From assembly GCA_020073085.1 (NCBI GenBank), contig JAIQFV010000009.1:124162-188161 (forward strand): a stretch of 64,000 nt of DNA, written 5' to 3'. The stretch is from Terriglobia bacterium (GTDB lineage Bacteria; Acidobacteriota; Terriglobia; JAIQFV01). Of this stretch, positions 30,668-40,704 are shown piece by piece. The translations under genes and the position numbers were made by a program. The notes beneath the pieces were generated by a model that worked only from the letters and a program-made list of their open reading frames with translations, was not told the origin of the DNA and ran no database searches. Numbering within the stretch: position 1 is the first letter of the stretch; each line of letters starts with the position of its first letter.

Positions 30668-30706
30668 TGGTAGCCCCGCCTGCGTTTTTTGCCGGCGGGG
30701 GCTCTT
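30668..30706 (+). terminator. GC hairpin downstream of the M16 peptidase gene
   Basis: gccccgcc-tgcgttttttgcc-ggcgggggc immediately after the stop codon. It is a truncated copy of the structured repeat family seen at 35-38 kb. Confidence 0.35.
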
Positions 30707-31192
30707 GGGCGAGGTTGGCAGAAGAAAACATGATCAAAGAGGTGGGACTCAGACATTGGCAATTTCAAGAATTAAGCATGAAGAAAAACACCTTGGGTTA
30801 GACTCGTCGAGGGACCAACTCCGAGACAAAATTTCAAATGAGAAGGTCTGTCACCGCAAATTCTAGACCCCTAGCAATGGAGAAGATGACGAGCTGGATT
30901 AAATTCGTGCGGATGCACGGAGCCCGACTCCTGCTGCTTGGCGTTCTTCTCACCGCTTGCTGGTTTATCGCGATCAAAGCGTTTGAAGGGTTGTTTATTT
31001 ATCTGTTTGCGATTAGCGACTCGGTTAGTCGGACACGGATAATGGTTAATCGTCACCCGAACGTTTTCAGAATTATCCTACGTCCTGGCCTGATGCCGAT
31101 TGCGTTTGACCAGCGGTTCCAGAGCCTGAGGGCCTAGCAGGAAGTTGTTCAACCGCGTCGTTCCCGGTGTCTAATCCCAGATCAAGGACTGT

Positions 31193-31735
31193 ATGCGCCA
31201 AGAAATCCAGTTTCGTAAGGTATTACCCATCGCGCAGACGATTCTGGCCTTGCTCTTTGCCGGGTTGGGTCTTTGGCAGCGGAACCAGATCCTAAGTCAC
31301 TCATGGTTTGGATGGAACTCCACCGCACGGTTTCACGTTTGGCCATGGCCATTCAAATATGCGGTGGTGTCAAATACACCTGCATTTCTGGCGGGCATGC
31401 TCCTTTCCTGGCCCGTCGATTCTTTGTGGCCGAGACTCCCCGAACCGATTCAAATCTCGCTCGCACTCCCCTTCATCCCGATCCTCTGGTATTGGGTCGG
31501 TTCGCGACTGGATCGAAAGTGGGGCGCTGTGGAGGGCACGAGGATATCGCGACGCCGTAGCCGATGGGTATTCATTTTGATCTTCACATTAGTCTGCATG
31601 ATGGGGGCCTATCTCCCATCTCGGTACTTGGGCTACGTGGGGTACCTGTATTACGGCATAGTTGTCTGGGTAGCTACGCCTCTCATCCTGCACCGTTTCT
31701 CAACAATTCGCCCGGACGGTTCATTAATAAACTGA
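31193..31735 (+). CDS. hypothetical membrane protein (AT-rich islet)
   Basis: 180 aa, multiple Trp-rich TM segments. Confidence 0.4.
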   Translation: MRQEIQFRKVLPIAQTILALLFAGLGLWQRNQILSHSWFGWNSTARFHVWPWPFKYAVVSNTPAFLAGMLLSWPVDSLWPRLPEPIQISLALPFIPILWYWVGSRLDRKWGAVEGTRISRRRSRWVFILIFTLVCMMGAYLPSRYLGYVGYLYYGIVVWVATPLILHRFSTIRPDGSLIN

Positions 31736-31774
31736 AGCTCGCCTGCGTCCTTATGGATGATTGATGTGAAAATA

Positions 31775-31845
31775 AAAGGGGCCACACCTGGACATAGGAC
31801 AGAAACGCAGAGAGCGAAGGGCGATTCCCTAAGCCGATTGACAAG
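31775..31845. repeat. direct repeat R1 in AT-rich islet
   Basis: ggccacacctggacataggacagaaacgcagagagcgaagggcgattccctaagccgattgacaagaa is about 75% identical to R2. Confidence 0.6.
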
Positions 31846-31848
31846 AAT

Positions 31849-32298
31849 GTGGAAGGCAACGCTGAAATACAAAATGCAAAGACACGACCCCAAAAAATTA
31901 TGGATCCCATAAAACAAGCTGATGGAATCATTCAATTCATGAATCAAAACGATTTCCTGATGAGGAATTATGTGGGATTTGTCACTTTAGGAGAAGCCGC
32001 GAGCGTTAATCGCTATTTTGATACAGGAAACCAAGTATCTTTCAAGCTTCTGCGCGATGCACACGACAAAGTAGTTGAACGACTCAATACAGTGAGGGCG
32101 TACTATATCAATGCCACTGTGAAGGGTAGTGCTGTTGTAGAAGAGGATTCAGAATTGCTTTTGGGTATTCAGGCTGCAGACATTTCGGTAGGAATTGCAT
32201 CGCGAATTTATGAGAGGCATCCTAAAAGCAGAATCGACGGAGCAAAAGCCGTTAAGGATGTATTCACAAGGGTGTTACTTAATGATCATTGGCTTTAA
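31849..32298 (+). CDS. hypothetical protein (AT-rich islet)
   Basis: 149-aa ORF directly after direct repeat R1. No recognisable domain. Confidence 0.35.
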   Translation: MEGNAEIQNAKTRPQKIMDPIKQADGIIQFMNQNDFLMRNYVGFVTLGEAASVNRYFDTGNQVSFKLLRDAHDKVVERLNTVRAYYINATVKGSAVVEEDSELLLGIQAADISVGIASRIYERHPKSRIDGAKAVKDVFTRVLLNDHWL

Positions 32299-32390
32299 CA
32301 TGATATTCGCTCGACTTCCCGCAATGCGAAGCATAGCCTTTTTTCTGGTTGCGTTGGCTTTAGATCCTGATCCCCCATCCCTATAGTGAG

Positions 32391-32801
32391 ATGCGCGTAA
32401 CAGTTCACTGGAAATCTCTTAAGGAAGGCGATGACGGCTGGGGACAGATCCGCTGCCTGTATGCGGTCCTCGGGCGCGGAAAAGAGATCCTCTACATAGG
32501 GAAGTGCTGGGGCAAGACTGTCCGCGAGCGGTGGACCCGGTCCGGAAAGCCAGACTTCTGGGATGAGATTGAGCAGGAACGGGGCATAAAAAAGCACGCT
32601 CTTCTGGTGGGCACCGTTGAGATGGATCGTTCGAGGAGGCTTACACACTGGCTCTTGATGGACATTGAAAGCCTGCTTATCATCTGCGAGCAGCCGTGGG
32701 GAAACAGGCAGAGCAAGAAATCAAGGATTCCAAGGCCGGGGCTAATTGTTAAGTGCGTCGGAACCTGGCCAAGCAAAACAAAGACATATCGGGACATCTG
32801 A
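32391..32801 (+). CDS. GIY-YIG nuclease-domain protein
   Basis: CLYAVLGRGKEILYIGKCWGKTVRERW: Y-x10-YIG-x7-R-x2-W spacing matches the GIY-YIG core. Downstream E (ICEQPW) and N are at the expected positions. Confidence 0.5.
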   Translation: MRVTVHWKSLKEGDDGWGQIRCLYAVLGRGKEILYIGKCWGKTVRERWTRSGKPDFWDEIEQERGIKKHALLVGTVEMDRSRRLTHWLLMDIESLLIICEQPWGNRQSKKSRIPRPGLIVKCVGTWPSKTKTYRDI

Positions 32802-32817
32802 AAATTTCATCAGGAAG

Positions 32818-32895
32818 ATAAAAGGCGTTACACCTGGGCATAGGACAGAGACGTGGCGAGCGGAGCGGCGATTTCCAAAGCGGATTGATGGCGAG
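32818..32895. repeat. direct repeat R2 in AT-rich islet
   Basis: cgttacacctgggcataggacagagacgtggcgagcggagcggcgatttccaaagcggattgatggcgag. Confidence 0.6.
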
Positions 32896-33084
32896 CGCCT
32901 TGGCCAAGAAAATCACCGCGGAGAGAGATAGTCCCGTGGGCAAGGGAATCCCTGGTTTTCAGGAACGGACAGACTCAGACCCTGCCCTGCGTGCGCTCTT
33001 GCAAAGGGCCAGCTCCACTTTGCCCTATGTCCAGGTGCGAGCCCATGTTCACCATGTTCAAGAACCGTATAAAGGAGAAAGACA

Positions 33085-33647
33085 TGAAATACACGAAGGC
33101 ATTTATCGCGGCAATTTGGTGCTGCAGTTTTCTCTCTTCCGTTGCTGGGATCATGGCTCAAGACAAACAGCTAGCTACGATTAAGAAGAAAGACGGACAA
33201 CAAATCGAAGGAGAGATAAAAGGTGTTATCGTCCAAAAGGAGACTATCAAAGAATGGACGGAGGGCTCCAAAAAGCACTACAACGTGCTCTACTACCTTA
33301 CCAACGGCAGTGACATCCGTGCCATCGATGAGAAGGGTGTCCACGTTCCCGAGGGGACTCAGATCCCAACACGCTTTGTCACGCAGAAAGGCAAGCCTCC
33401 AGATGATCTTGAGGTCTTGCAGGTTGCAGAAGACAAGAAGTCTTTAATACCAACAACAAAGGCGGGAGGCCAAGTACTAAGGGCTGGCATGGCAGCGACT
33501 GGTGTAAGCGCCGCAATGCTCCTCGGCGAACTGAGGACAAAAGATGGCAAAACAGGTCTAATTGGCGCCTTGGAGATCCAGACTACAAGCGGTCTGATTT
33601 CCATTCCGGTTGGCGAAATTATCGACTTCACACAAAAGGAAAAGTGA
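33085..33647 (+). CDS. hypothetical secreted protein
   Basis: Signal peptide MKYTKAFIAAIWCCSFLSSVAGIMA. Confidence 0.45.
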
Positions 33648-33736
33648 AGTATGAAAGGGGATAAGCAAGTAGGGTGAGACAATGTCGGTGCCCGACCCAA
33701 TCAATTGAAATAAAGCCGGACACAAGGAGGCAGACC

Positions 33737-34456
33737 ATGTCACTCAAAAAACTCGCTTTCATCATTCTCATGATTCTCCTGATGACGACAGTTTCCGCGG
33801 GCCAGACCGACATTCTTCAGCAACTCGGCCTCGGGAAAAAGCAGTCATTAAGCGATGCCAAGATTGGAGCGGGACTCAAGGAGGCACTTCAGGTCGGCAC
33901 AGGGAATGCCGTCAAGACCACCGGCCGCCTGGATGGTTACTTCAAGAACGAAGCCATCAAGATTCTGATGCCCAAGCAGCTTCAGACGATGGAAAAAGGA
34001 TTGCGCATGGTCGGCTACGGGCCGCAGCTGGATGAATTTGTTCTCAGCATGAATCGCGCCGCTGAGGCTGCTGCGCCTCAGGCGAAGGCCATTTTTCTCA
34101 ATGCCATCCGTAACATGACGCTTACTGATGTCCGGAAAATCTTCACCGGCGGTGACACCGCGGCCACGGAATATTTCAAAGAACAAACCACGGATCAACT
34201 GACTACCGCGTTTTCTCCGATCGTCCAAAAGTCCATGAACGAGGTGGGCGTCACCCGGCAGTACAAGGAGTTGATGGGACGATTTCAATCGATCCCCTTC
34301 GCCAGGACCCAGGCCTTTGACATTGACAAGTATGTTGTCGGAAAAGCCCTGGACGGACTGTTCTTCGTGGTCGGAGAAGAAGAGCGCAAAATTCGAAAAA
34401 ATCCCGCTGCCCAGGTGACGAGCCTGTTGCGAGAGGTATTCGGCAGGAAACAGTGA
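33737..34456 (+). CDS. secreted DUF4197-like protein
   Basis: Signal peptide [21 protein letters not shown]. Body resembles the DUF4197 family (weak recollection). Confidence 0.4.
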   Translation: MSLKKLAFIILMILLMTTVSAGQTDILQQLGLGKKQSLSDAKIGAGLKEALQVGTGNAVKTTGRLDGYFKNEAIKILMPKQLQTMEKGLRMVGYGPQLDEFVLSMNRAAEAAAPQAKAIFLNAIRNMTLTDVRKIFTGGDTAATEYFKEQTTDQLTTAFSPIVQKSMNEVGVTRQYKELMGRFQSIPFARTQAFDIDKYVVGKALDGLFFVVGEEERKIRKNPAAQVTSLLREVFGRKQ

Positions 34457-34669
34457 TTGATTTGCAGCAAGTGGGTTCAGACCGGGACAGTGGACAAATC
34501 CTCGCTTCTTCTGCGAAAAGGAGGATTCGGGTAAAGGTTTCTCACCAACCGTTTAGTTCCGGCGAGGACGAGTGGGGCGGTGACCCACGGACCATGGGTG
34601 TCCGTAGCCCGAGCGTGTGAGAATCGTTCAACGTCCCCCACCCTGAGCGGCTTAACCACCTGAAGCCCG

Positions 34670-34954
34670 TCATTTAATTGTTCGAAGCAAGTTCTCAAAT
34701 CCGACCCCGGCGCCGGCATAGAGCAGAGAAACGGGTTTTTCGTTTCTGAGAAGATCAATGACATTATGGAAGTCATCGAGATGGTAATACAGCGTGGGCT
34801 GGCCGCCCACCAGACCATCCTGAGGGAGCGCTGATCCATTGGGCATGAAGATGGCTTGGCCGATATATTTGCCTGCGGCCTTGAGCGCGATTTTCGGGTG
34901 ATAGGTGTTCGACGAATAGAATACTTCGTACGCGTCGATCTTCGTCAGTGGCAT
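34670..34954 (-). CDS. hypothetical protein
   Basis: 94-aa ORF. Confidence 0.35.
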   Translation of the reverse strand: MPLTKIDAYEVFYSSNTYHPKIALKAAGKYIGQAIFMPNGSALPQDGLVGGQPTLYYHLDDFHNVIDLLRNEKPVSLLYAGAGVGFENLLRTIK

Positions 34955-35114
34955 AAGTTATCTCCTTGGTCTTTGATGAACGAACAGAAGAAACACGGCC
35001 AGCCGCGGGGGATCTCAACGACATGGAGAAGGTCCGCGAGCTGTTGACCAAATCAATATGCCAGAAAACGGAATGAAACAGCTACCCAAACCTTCTTCGA
35101 GGGGGACGCGGGGT

Positions 35115-35520
35115 GGAAATGCCCCCGCCATAAAAACGTGCCGGGGCCACCCAAACCTTTCCGAAAAGCAATGTTTTGGTAGCCTCGCCGGCGCTTTCTG
35201 CCGGCGGGGGCTCTTCAGGATTGCGGCACCTTTGCTGATTCCTTCCCGACTGCGACCAACTGCCCCCGCCACAAAAACGTGGCGGGGCTACCAAACCTTT
35301 TCCGAAGGGCAATGTTTTGGTAGCCTCGCCGGCGCGTTTTGCCGGCGGGGGCTCTTCGGGTTTGCGTGAACCTAATCTGATCTTTGCCTGGTTGCTACGA
35401 ATTGCCCCCGCCACAAGAACGTGGCGGGGCTACCAAACCTTTTCCGAAGGGCAATGTTTTGGTAGCCTCGCCGGCGCGTTTTGCCGGCGGGGGCTTTTCG
35501 GGTTGGCGGGGCTACCAGAG
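35115..35520. repeat. tandem array 1 of structured palindromic repeat (3 units of about 140 bp, each containing 3 hairpins)
   Basis: Unit = tgcccccgccacaaaaacgtggcggggc (10-bp stem), then gctaccaaa...tttggtagc, then cgccggcgcgttttgccggcgg, closed by ggcgggggc. Three consecutive near-identical copies. Confidence 0.85.
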
Positions 35521-35531
35521 CTTCATCGAGA

Positions 35532-36059
35532 ATGGCCGTGGATAAAAAGAAGAAACATCTCCTTTGGGTGATTGCCTTTGTCGGGGGATTCATCATCCTG
35601 ACGGGAATTCTGAGTGTCGGCTACATCAAAACAGAAGCCGTCATGAAGCCCCACATGGATGAACTTCTCACCGTTCCTTCGATGAAGGCCAAGCCGGATG
35701 AGGAGCCATACATTAAAGGCAAACTTCTCCCCATCGACCGAAGGAAAAAGAAAATCGACAGTTATATTTGGAGCGCGCTCCCCTCAATGCAGCTCGCTCA
35801 CCGGTATGAAGAGGTCCAGACGGTCATCCTCCTGGAGTACGGAGAATCGCAGGTCGGAACCTACACGAACGGAACCGGCGCCTACGTAAGGACCTGTGCG
35901 GTCACGATTATCGACTACTCGCGCGGTGTTGTTCTGGCCGCGAGGATTTTTTCGGGCTCGGCTCCCCCGGCGACAACGTCGAGCCATACCGGGGCGTACG
36001 GATCCAATCCCCGCACCGAAGTGGTGCAGTATCTAAAGAAACTGCCCAGGGCGGGATAA
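35532..36059 (+). CDS. hypothetical membrane-anchored protein
   Basis: MAVDKKKKHLLWVIAFVGGFIILTG N-terminal TM anchor. Lies between repeat arrays. Confidence 0.4.
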   Translation: MAVDKKKKHLLWVIAFVGGFIILTGILSVGYIKTEAVMKPHMDELLTVPSMKAKPDEEPYIKGKLLPIDRRKKKIDSYIWSALPSMQLAHRYEEVQTVILLEYGESQVGTYTNGTGAYVRTCAVTIIDYSRGVVLAARIFSGSAPPATTSSHTGAYGSNPRTEVVQYLKKLPRAG

Positions 36060-36450
36060 GCCATTTTGAAACAACTTTGGGTGGTGTGCCCAGCGGACTT
36101 CTGCCGGCCGCGACGGAATGCCCCCGCATTCAGAATGCGGAGAGGCGACCCTCACATCAGGTTCTTGATCGGAGTATTATCGGGAAGGAAAACCGGATGA
36201 GGGGTTTGTCTGGGAACCATTTCTTTGGAAGTCAGACCCATGAAAATTGACTATAAGAAAGTGATCCCCTTCACCGGATGGGTAAGCGTTCTGCTTATCT
36301 TGTGTATCTCCAAGTTTACGTCTGTTACACGGGATGGTTTTGTCCAAAGCACTCTCCTTGCCTGTCCGAGCATTACTTAGCCCATCGGTCGCAAGTAAGC
36401 GAGGGATTTTCCACGATTTCGCCCACAATCGCTGATTCCTTCCCAACCTC

Positions 36451-36748
36451 AACGAAGTGCCCCCGCCACAAAAACGTGGGGGGGCTACCAAACCTTTCCA
36501 GAAGGCAAAACTCGGGTGGCCTGCAATGAAATGCCCCCGCCACTAAAACGTGGCGGGGCTACCAAACCTTTCCAGAAGGCAAAACTCGGGTGGCCCGCAA
36601 CGAAATGCCCCCGCCACTAAACCGTGGCGGGGCTACCAAACCTTTCCAGAAGGCAAAACTCGGGTGGCCTGCAACGAAATGCCCCCGCCACTAAACCGTG
36701 GCGGGGCTACCAGACCTTTCCAGAGGGCAAAACTCGGGTGGCCTGCAA
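36451..36748. repeat. tandem array 2 of structured palindromic repeat (4 units of about 72 bp)
   Basis: Four near-identical copies of gaaatgcccccgccactaaaacgtggcggggctaccaaacctttccagaaggcaaaactcgggtggcctgcaac. Confidence 0.9.
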
Positions 36749-36833
36749 AATTCACGGGGCCAAATTTTTTCAATTTTCATTGTGAGGATTCCCACCCCTC
36801 GCCAGAACCGGCCGAAAGGATGGGGCACTCGCT

Positions 36834-37598
36834 CTAGTGGAATGTCACAGTGGTGCGCTGTTCGGCGCTCTTGTAGCCTGGGCCGTTGGCCACGGAGAGG
36901 GTGAACTCGCAGGTCCCCGAGGCATGCGACCCTACCTGCGAAACGGTGGTGCGGATAATCGCGGTCTGGGGGTCCATCTGCTTGCTGACCCGCGTAAACT
37001 GTGCCCCGCGGACGCCGCCTCCGCCACAATCCAGCCCGTAGTTCACGCTCACCGGATCCCCGGGACCCAGCTTGCCGCCCTCATCCAGAACGACCAATTC
37101 GAGTTCCACCGCCGCGCCCGAGCTTGTCGCCGAGAGGATCTTGAAACTCTTGATCACAGGCACATAGGGAACCAGGACAATGGTCTCCGTCTTGGAATCG
37201 CCACCAGGCGTTTTCAGCAAGACGGAGCGCTCGCCGGCCGGGGTCCCTGGAGCCACCGTGAGCTGGAACTCCCACAGTTTGGCCCCTTTTCGGATCCGGC
37301 GGCCGGGTTCGAGAGCCTTCTCTCGAATGCCTTCGACCGTGAGGCCATCGGCAGGAGTAATGACAACACTCTGAAGAGGGCCGTGCGCGCCGAGCACTTC
37401 CAGGGGCGTCGTCTTGCCAATCACGGCCTGGGGCTTGTACCCGAAGAACGAAAGATCGTTGGAAGCAGCGGCGGCGCTTGCCGCCAGCAACCCCATCGCG
37501 ATCCATATCGAGGTAAACCAGAGGCCGAGCCGGGAGGGTCCTTGTTTCACGGCTTCATGACCCATTTGGGGGTGATGGGAAAGCGCAAGAATCTTCAT
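36834..37598 (-). CDS. secreted hypothetical protein, paralog A
   Basis: Signal peptide (MKILALSHH...WIAMGLLAASAAAAS). Shares a motif skeleton with paralog B (TPLEVLG..SVVITPADGLTVEGI / SVLLKTPGGDS / DCGGGG / SGTCEFTLSV). Confidence 0.5.
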   Translation of the reverse strand: MKILALSHHPQMGHEAVKQGPSRLGLWFTSIWIAMGLLAASAAAASNDLSFFGYKPQAVIGKTTPLEVLGAHGPLQSVVITPADGLTVEGIREKALEPGRRIRKGAKLWEFQLTVAPGTPAGERSVLLKTPGGDSKTETIVLVPYVPVIKSFKILSATSSGAAVELELVVLDEGGKLGPGDPVSVNYGLDCGGGGVRGAQFTRVSKQMDPQTAIIRTTVSQVGSHASGTCEFTLSVANGPGYKSAEQRTTVTFH

Positions 37599-37742
37599 TG
37601 GAATCTCCTTCTTGAGATTTGCTTCGTTCGTATCGCCCGTGACCAATTTCCACGCGCCAAAACTCCACTCCGAACAAACGAATGAGTAATGCCGTGCCAT
37701 CTTGGCAATTGCCGCCTTTCGAGATGAACTACCTTCCCAAGC

Positions 37743-37950
37743 GCAACGAAGTGCCCCCGCCACTAAAACGTGGCGGGGCTACCAAACCTTTCTAGAAGGC
37801 CAAACTCCGGTGGCCTGCAACGAAGTGCCCCCGCCACTAAAACGTGGCGGGGCTACCAAACCTTTCTAGAAGGCCAAACTCCGGCGGCCTGCAACGAAGT
37901 GCCCCCGCCACTAAAACGTGGCGGGGCTACCAAACCTTTCCGAAAGGTAA
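37743..37950. repeat. tandem array 3 of structured palindromic repeat (3 units of about 72 bp)
   Basis: Three near-identical copies of gcaacgaagtgcccccgccactaaaacgtggcggggctaccaaacctttctagaaggccaaactccggtggcct. Confidence 0.9.
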
Positions 37951-37952
37951 TG

Positions 37953-38693
37953 CTAGGGTAACTTCTCCGGCGCGAACTCAACGGGCACGGTGAGTTTGTT
38001 GCTTTCCGAAGTACTTCCCCCCTGATCATCATGGATCAGAAAAACCTCCAGGATGCATGTCCCGCTTGCGGAGACTTTCTGCAATTGACTTGAAAAGCTC
38101 TGCGTTGCATAGAAGACACTATTCTTGGGATCCTTCATGACAACCTTGTCCGGCTCGTGAAAACCGACTCCGTGACCGTCCCCGCATTGCAAGTGGTAAT
38201 TACACAGGGCAGCTTTTGGAGAGGTGATGTCACCCGCCGGGTCAAAGACTGAGAAACGAATCTTCAATCGCGCATCGACTGGTTCGGCTGAAAGAACAGT
38301 GAGGTTGCTGATGCGGGGAACATGGTCGGGAATATAGAGGGCCTTCGGATTCGAGCTTCCATCCGGGGTGATCACGGCAATTGACCGTTTCCCGGTATGA
38401 GCCCTCGGTTCGGCAAAGACCCGTACGGACCAGACCTTGATTCCCTCGCCCTGCTGTCTGCGATCATCGGGATCCGGTGTGCTCTCCTTGACATCACGAA
38501 CGGAAACACCTTCGGCAGGAGAGACTTCAACGGATGTCACTTGAAGATTTTTCCCAAAGCACTTGAACTCAGTCGTTTGTCCCCGTATCACCTGCAGATC
38601 GGAGTAGCCCGAGAATTGGACGTCAATTTTCTCGGCCTTCTGAACTCCTGTGATGAAAATCAATACGGCGATGGCCCACCCTACCCTTCTCAT
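37953..38693 (-). CDS. secreted hypothetical protein, paralog B
   Basis: Signal peptide MRRVGWAIAVLIFITGVQKA. Motifs TTEFKCFG..VTSVEVSPAEGVSVRDV / SIAVITPDGSS / QCGDGHG / SGTCILEVFL parallel paralog A. Confidence 0.5.
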   Translation of the reverse strand: MRRVGWAIAVLIFITGVQKAEKIDVQFSGYSDLQVIRGQTTEFKCFGKNLQVTSVEVSPAEGVSVRDVKESTPDPDDRRQQGEGIKVWSVRVFAEPRAHTGKRSIAVITPDGSSNPKALYIPDHVPRISNLTVLSAEPVDARLKIRFSVFDPAGDITSPKAALCNYHLQCGDGHGVGFHEPDKVVMKDPKNSVFYATQSFSSQLQKVSASGTCILEVFLIHDDQGGSTSESNKLTVPVEFAPEKLP

Positions 38694-38809
38694 GGTGACA
38701 CCTCCTTGACCGTCGGTTCCGAAGAAAAGGAACCGGATCGGGACTGCAGACAATTTCTAGGGTGCCCGTGCAAGGAACAAGGCCAGGGGGTGACCTTCTT
38801 TGAATTCTC

Positions 38810-39475
38810 CTATCTCGGCAGTCGAATCACTCGTCCATCCGGCGTCGTGACCGTGCCTTTTCCCCGGAGGTAAATATACCCCTTGTCTTTGTCGACCCTG
38901 AAGACCAGCGGCCAGCCGGGATCGCCCTCGAAGATGTGATCCTGGACCGTATGCCTTCCAATCCAGGTATGCTTCACGCCGTGAGCCCAAAGCACCGGAC
39001 GCAGTTGTCCATCGGGCCCCATACGAAAGGTGACGTTTCCTTCCAGGCGCGATCCGCCCCCAGGAATCGAACTGATCTGAATCTCTCCACGGTCAGGCTC
39101 AAGGTAACGGTCGATCAGCCGTTCATCCTGTAGCGCAAAACTCGGCTTCATTAAGACCGGAAGAAGCGCCGCCAACTGATGGGCGGTCTTTTGAGCGATT
39201 GTGCTCTGTGAGAGATTCACAAACATGAATAGAGCAAGCCACACCCCCAACACGGAGAAAAGCCCCCATTTCAGGGAGCGTATCACATTCGAATGCTGCG
39301 GTCGTGACTTCTCCGCCTTCCCTTCAGCCAGTTGCTGTGCTTGTCGCTGGAGCGCCAGTTTCTCTTCGTTCGGCAGCGCATCGAAACAGATCGTGCAGAT
39401 TAACGGACTCAGGTATCCATCTTCCTGAAAGTAGTAAATCGAAGGATAAACAGTGCCGCATCGCTCGCATTTCAT
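38810..39475 (-). CDS. zinc-ribbon / single-TM hypothetical protein
   Basis: MKCERCG...CTIC N-terminal zinc ribbon, central TM helix, C-terminal beta-rich domain. Confidence 0.5.
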   Translation of the reverse strand: MKCERCGTVYPSIYYFQEDGYLSPLICTICFDALPNEEKLALQRQAQQLAEGKAEKSRPQHSNVIRSLKWGLFSVLGVWLALFMFVNLSQSTIAQKTAHQLAALLPVLMKPSFALQDERLIDRYLEPDRGEIQISSIPGGGSRLEGNVTFRMGPDGQLRPVLWAHGVKHTWIGRHTVQDHIFEGDPGWPLVFRVDKDKGYIYLRGKGTVTTPDGRVIRLPR

Positions 39476-39664
39476 ACTTCGCCTCCTCCAGGGAAACGAG
39501 CACTACGGGTCTTCACATTTCAGTCCTACCCCAATCTTCACCAGGCAACACGGCCGTTTCAATCCGAGACCACCGGTGGATTCGAACCGCTCCGAACCGC
39601 AAGGCTCCCCTCTTGCATTCCGGGTGACGCCCTGGGCGGTTGCCGCAGTGAGGATTCAAATCTT

Positions 39665-40126
39665 CTACTCTTCCTGTTTTTCTTGACCCTCTCGAGCCGC
39701 AGGTGGCGGGCCGGTGTAACGGAACGCCTCCGACTTAACATAGAGCAGCTTGAACTCACCGCTGTGGGAGACGGTTTGACGGATCACCATCGCTCCATCT
39801 GCTCCCACGCGGCAGGCCTGCTTCTTCAATTCAGGCAAGGCCTCCTCAAAAACACCTTGTCGCCCGCGGGTTACCTTGTTCCGCCGCACGTAAACATCAA
39901 TTTGTGCCACAATCTCAAAAGGGCGTTCGGGCTTGACTTCCTGCAAGACTTCGATCTGGCAATCAGGAGGTTTGGCGGGCAGCGCGGGTCCGACCACCTT
40001 CACTTCACTTCGAACACCCGAAAAAAGTCCTCCCATCAGGAAGGCGAGATTGAGGAAGCCCGCGGCGAAGAAGAGCGTTGGGTTCCGATTAATAGAGGGG
40101 ATCATTTTCCACCCTTTAAAATGCAT
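39665..40126 (-). CDS. hypothetical membrane/secreted protein
   Basis: 153 aa, N-terminal hydrophobic segment. Confidence 0.45.
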   Translation of the reverse strand: MHFKGWKMIPSINRNPTLFFAAGFLNLAFLMGGLFSGVRSEVKVVGPALPAKPPDCQIEVLQEVKPERPFEIVAQIDVYVRRNKVTRGRQGVFEEALPELKKQACRVGADGAMVIRQTVSHSGEFKLLYVKSEAFRYTGPPPAAREGQEKQEE

Positions 40127-40599
40127 TCTGCCTGGTCCAGGACGGCATTGCTCCAGCTCTTCTGCCCGGCCCGCCCTACAAACCCCTTCTTGGTCTCTGC
40201 CGTGACCTTGGTGCCAGCCACATCACCATTCTTGGCCTCTTCCAGTTGAGCCACGACCGTCTCTCCGCCGGAACCCACGAACATCCCCATGTGATGCTTG
40301 CGGCTGGCTTCGATCGTTTTCCCGTCGTCTTTTTTGACCTCAAACTCAATGCCCTTCATGCCGTCGATCAGGGCTGCCTTGACCTTATCGATGGGATAAG
40401 GAAAAAAGCGCTCCTGTTTTCCTTTCTCCTTGCCTGCCTTGACTTCCAGGTTCTTACAGTCCAGCGGTCCGGCCGGCTGAGTCTTTTCGACCTTGCTTTT
40501 GTCCTTGTCCTTTCCAGCGCTGAAACTCCGGGTATTGCTGATCCCGGCGAGTCCGGCCATCAAAACAAACGTAAGAGCGAGAAATGATAAACGACGTCC
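40102..40599 (-). CDS. hypothetical secreted Lys-rich protein
   Basis: Signal peptide MGRRLSFLALTFVLMAGLAG. Confidence 0.45.
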   Translation of the reverse strand, partial: GRRLSFLALTFVLMAGLAGISNTRSFSAGKDKDKSKVEKTQPAGPLDCKNLEVKAGKEKGKQERFFPYPIDKVKAALIDGMKGIEFEVKKDDGKTIEASRKHHMGMFVGSGGETVVAQLEEAKNGDVAGTKVTAETKKGFVGRAGQKSWSNAVLDQAECILKGGK

Positions 40600-40704
40600 C
40601 ATAGCGTTTCTCCTTTTATGAGGTTGGTTGTGTTGACGCGCAGTTGTCCCGCTCTCGGGCACCACGCGAGCAAGATCTTCACTATCCCGGGATCGAACCC
40701 TCTC

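Noticed and set aside
35058-35414. ORFs overlapping repeat array 1 on both strands (and similar ORFs across arrays 2 and 3)
   Set aside because: They are read across tandem repeats, have Gly/Pro/Arg-rich repetitive products and no start or RBS context.
35115-37950. CRISPR array interpretation of the tandem hairpin repeats
   Set aside because: The whole 72-140-bp unit, including the would-be spacer portion, is repeated nearly identically, so there are no unique spacers. No cas genes are nearby.
39560-39600. tRNA-like GGTTCGAATCC on the minus strand in the leader of the zinc-ribbon gene
   Set aside because: The flanking bases do not form a T-stem and there is no acceptor stem or CCA context. 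It is a chance match.
40640-40670. sigma-54-like GGCAC-N-GCA motif on the plus strand
   Set aside because: The TT of the -12 element is missing and there is no plus-strand gene downstream.
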